From the human T2T-CHM13v2.0 reference genome, Homo sapiens: a DNA stretch of 64,000 bases. Below the pieces are notes generated by a model, which searched no databases, had not been told where the DNA came from, and worked only from the letters and a program-made list of their open reading frames with translations. Positions 63,910-64,000 of the stretch are shown piece after piece. The first letter of the stretch is position 1, and each line of letters opens with the position of its first letter. A program made the position numbers and the translations under genes. The stretch lies in assembly GCF_009914755.1 (NCBI RefSeq), contig NC_060938.1; one strand, written 5' to 3'.

Positions 63910-64000
63910 ATCTTGGAAGGCAGCCCTCAGTTAACCAAGTTTAATGGAGATACACAAGGGAAAATTGATGACCTGAATGTATTTACAAGTTCCCATGAAA
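63910..64000 (+). CDS. Candidate coding exon C (runs off window)
   Basis: ctgatgaaactttttacag| acceptor; only phase 0 is open: ILEGSPQLTKFNGDTQGKIDDLNVFTSSHE. Confidence 0.35.
   Translation, partial: MLEGSPQLTKFNGDTQGKIDDLNVFTSSHE

Overview
Primate (very likely human) genomic DNA with no intact protein-coding gene that I can recognise. It is dominated by transposable-element relics: about 49 Alu copies or fragments (J, S and Y ages), THE1/MST/MLT1/MLT2 LTRs, MER39B, a MER41 remnant, ERVL (LTR16/LTR33-type) pieces, L1, L2, MIR and hAT elements (MER30, MER63A, MER33/MER3). Repeat subfamily calls are from remembered consensus sequences and boundaries are approximate. Two non-repeat landmarks are firm. 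(1) A CpG-island promoter at about 39.1-39.8 kb with two RFX X-boxes, GC boxes, a CTCF-like site and an E-box. (2) A young, 3'-truncated, tailless 7SK retrocopy at 50334-50573 with a 17-bp target-site duplication (TSD). The leading hypothesis, which is inference only, is that the island is an orphan bidirectional RFX promoter. Exon-like segments with canonical splice sites run away from it on both strands. The + strand set forms a phase-compatible, stop-free chain leaving the window; the - strand set carries stop codons and could be a lost gene or a lncRNA. Other oddities are a ~290-bp templated insertion, a 69-bp near-perfect palindrome inside an inverted duplication, a MER41 copy that looks derived from a spliced RNA, and a nascent Alu-derived minisatellite. 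From memory only and unverified, the layout would fit human 14q32 between FOXN3 and EFCAB11.
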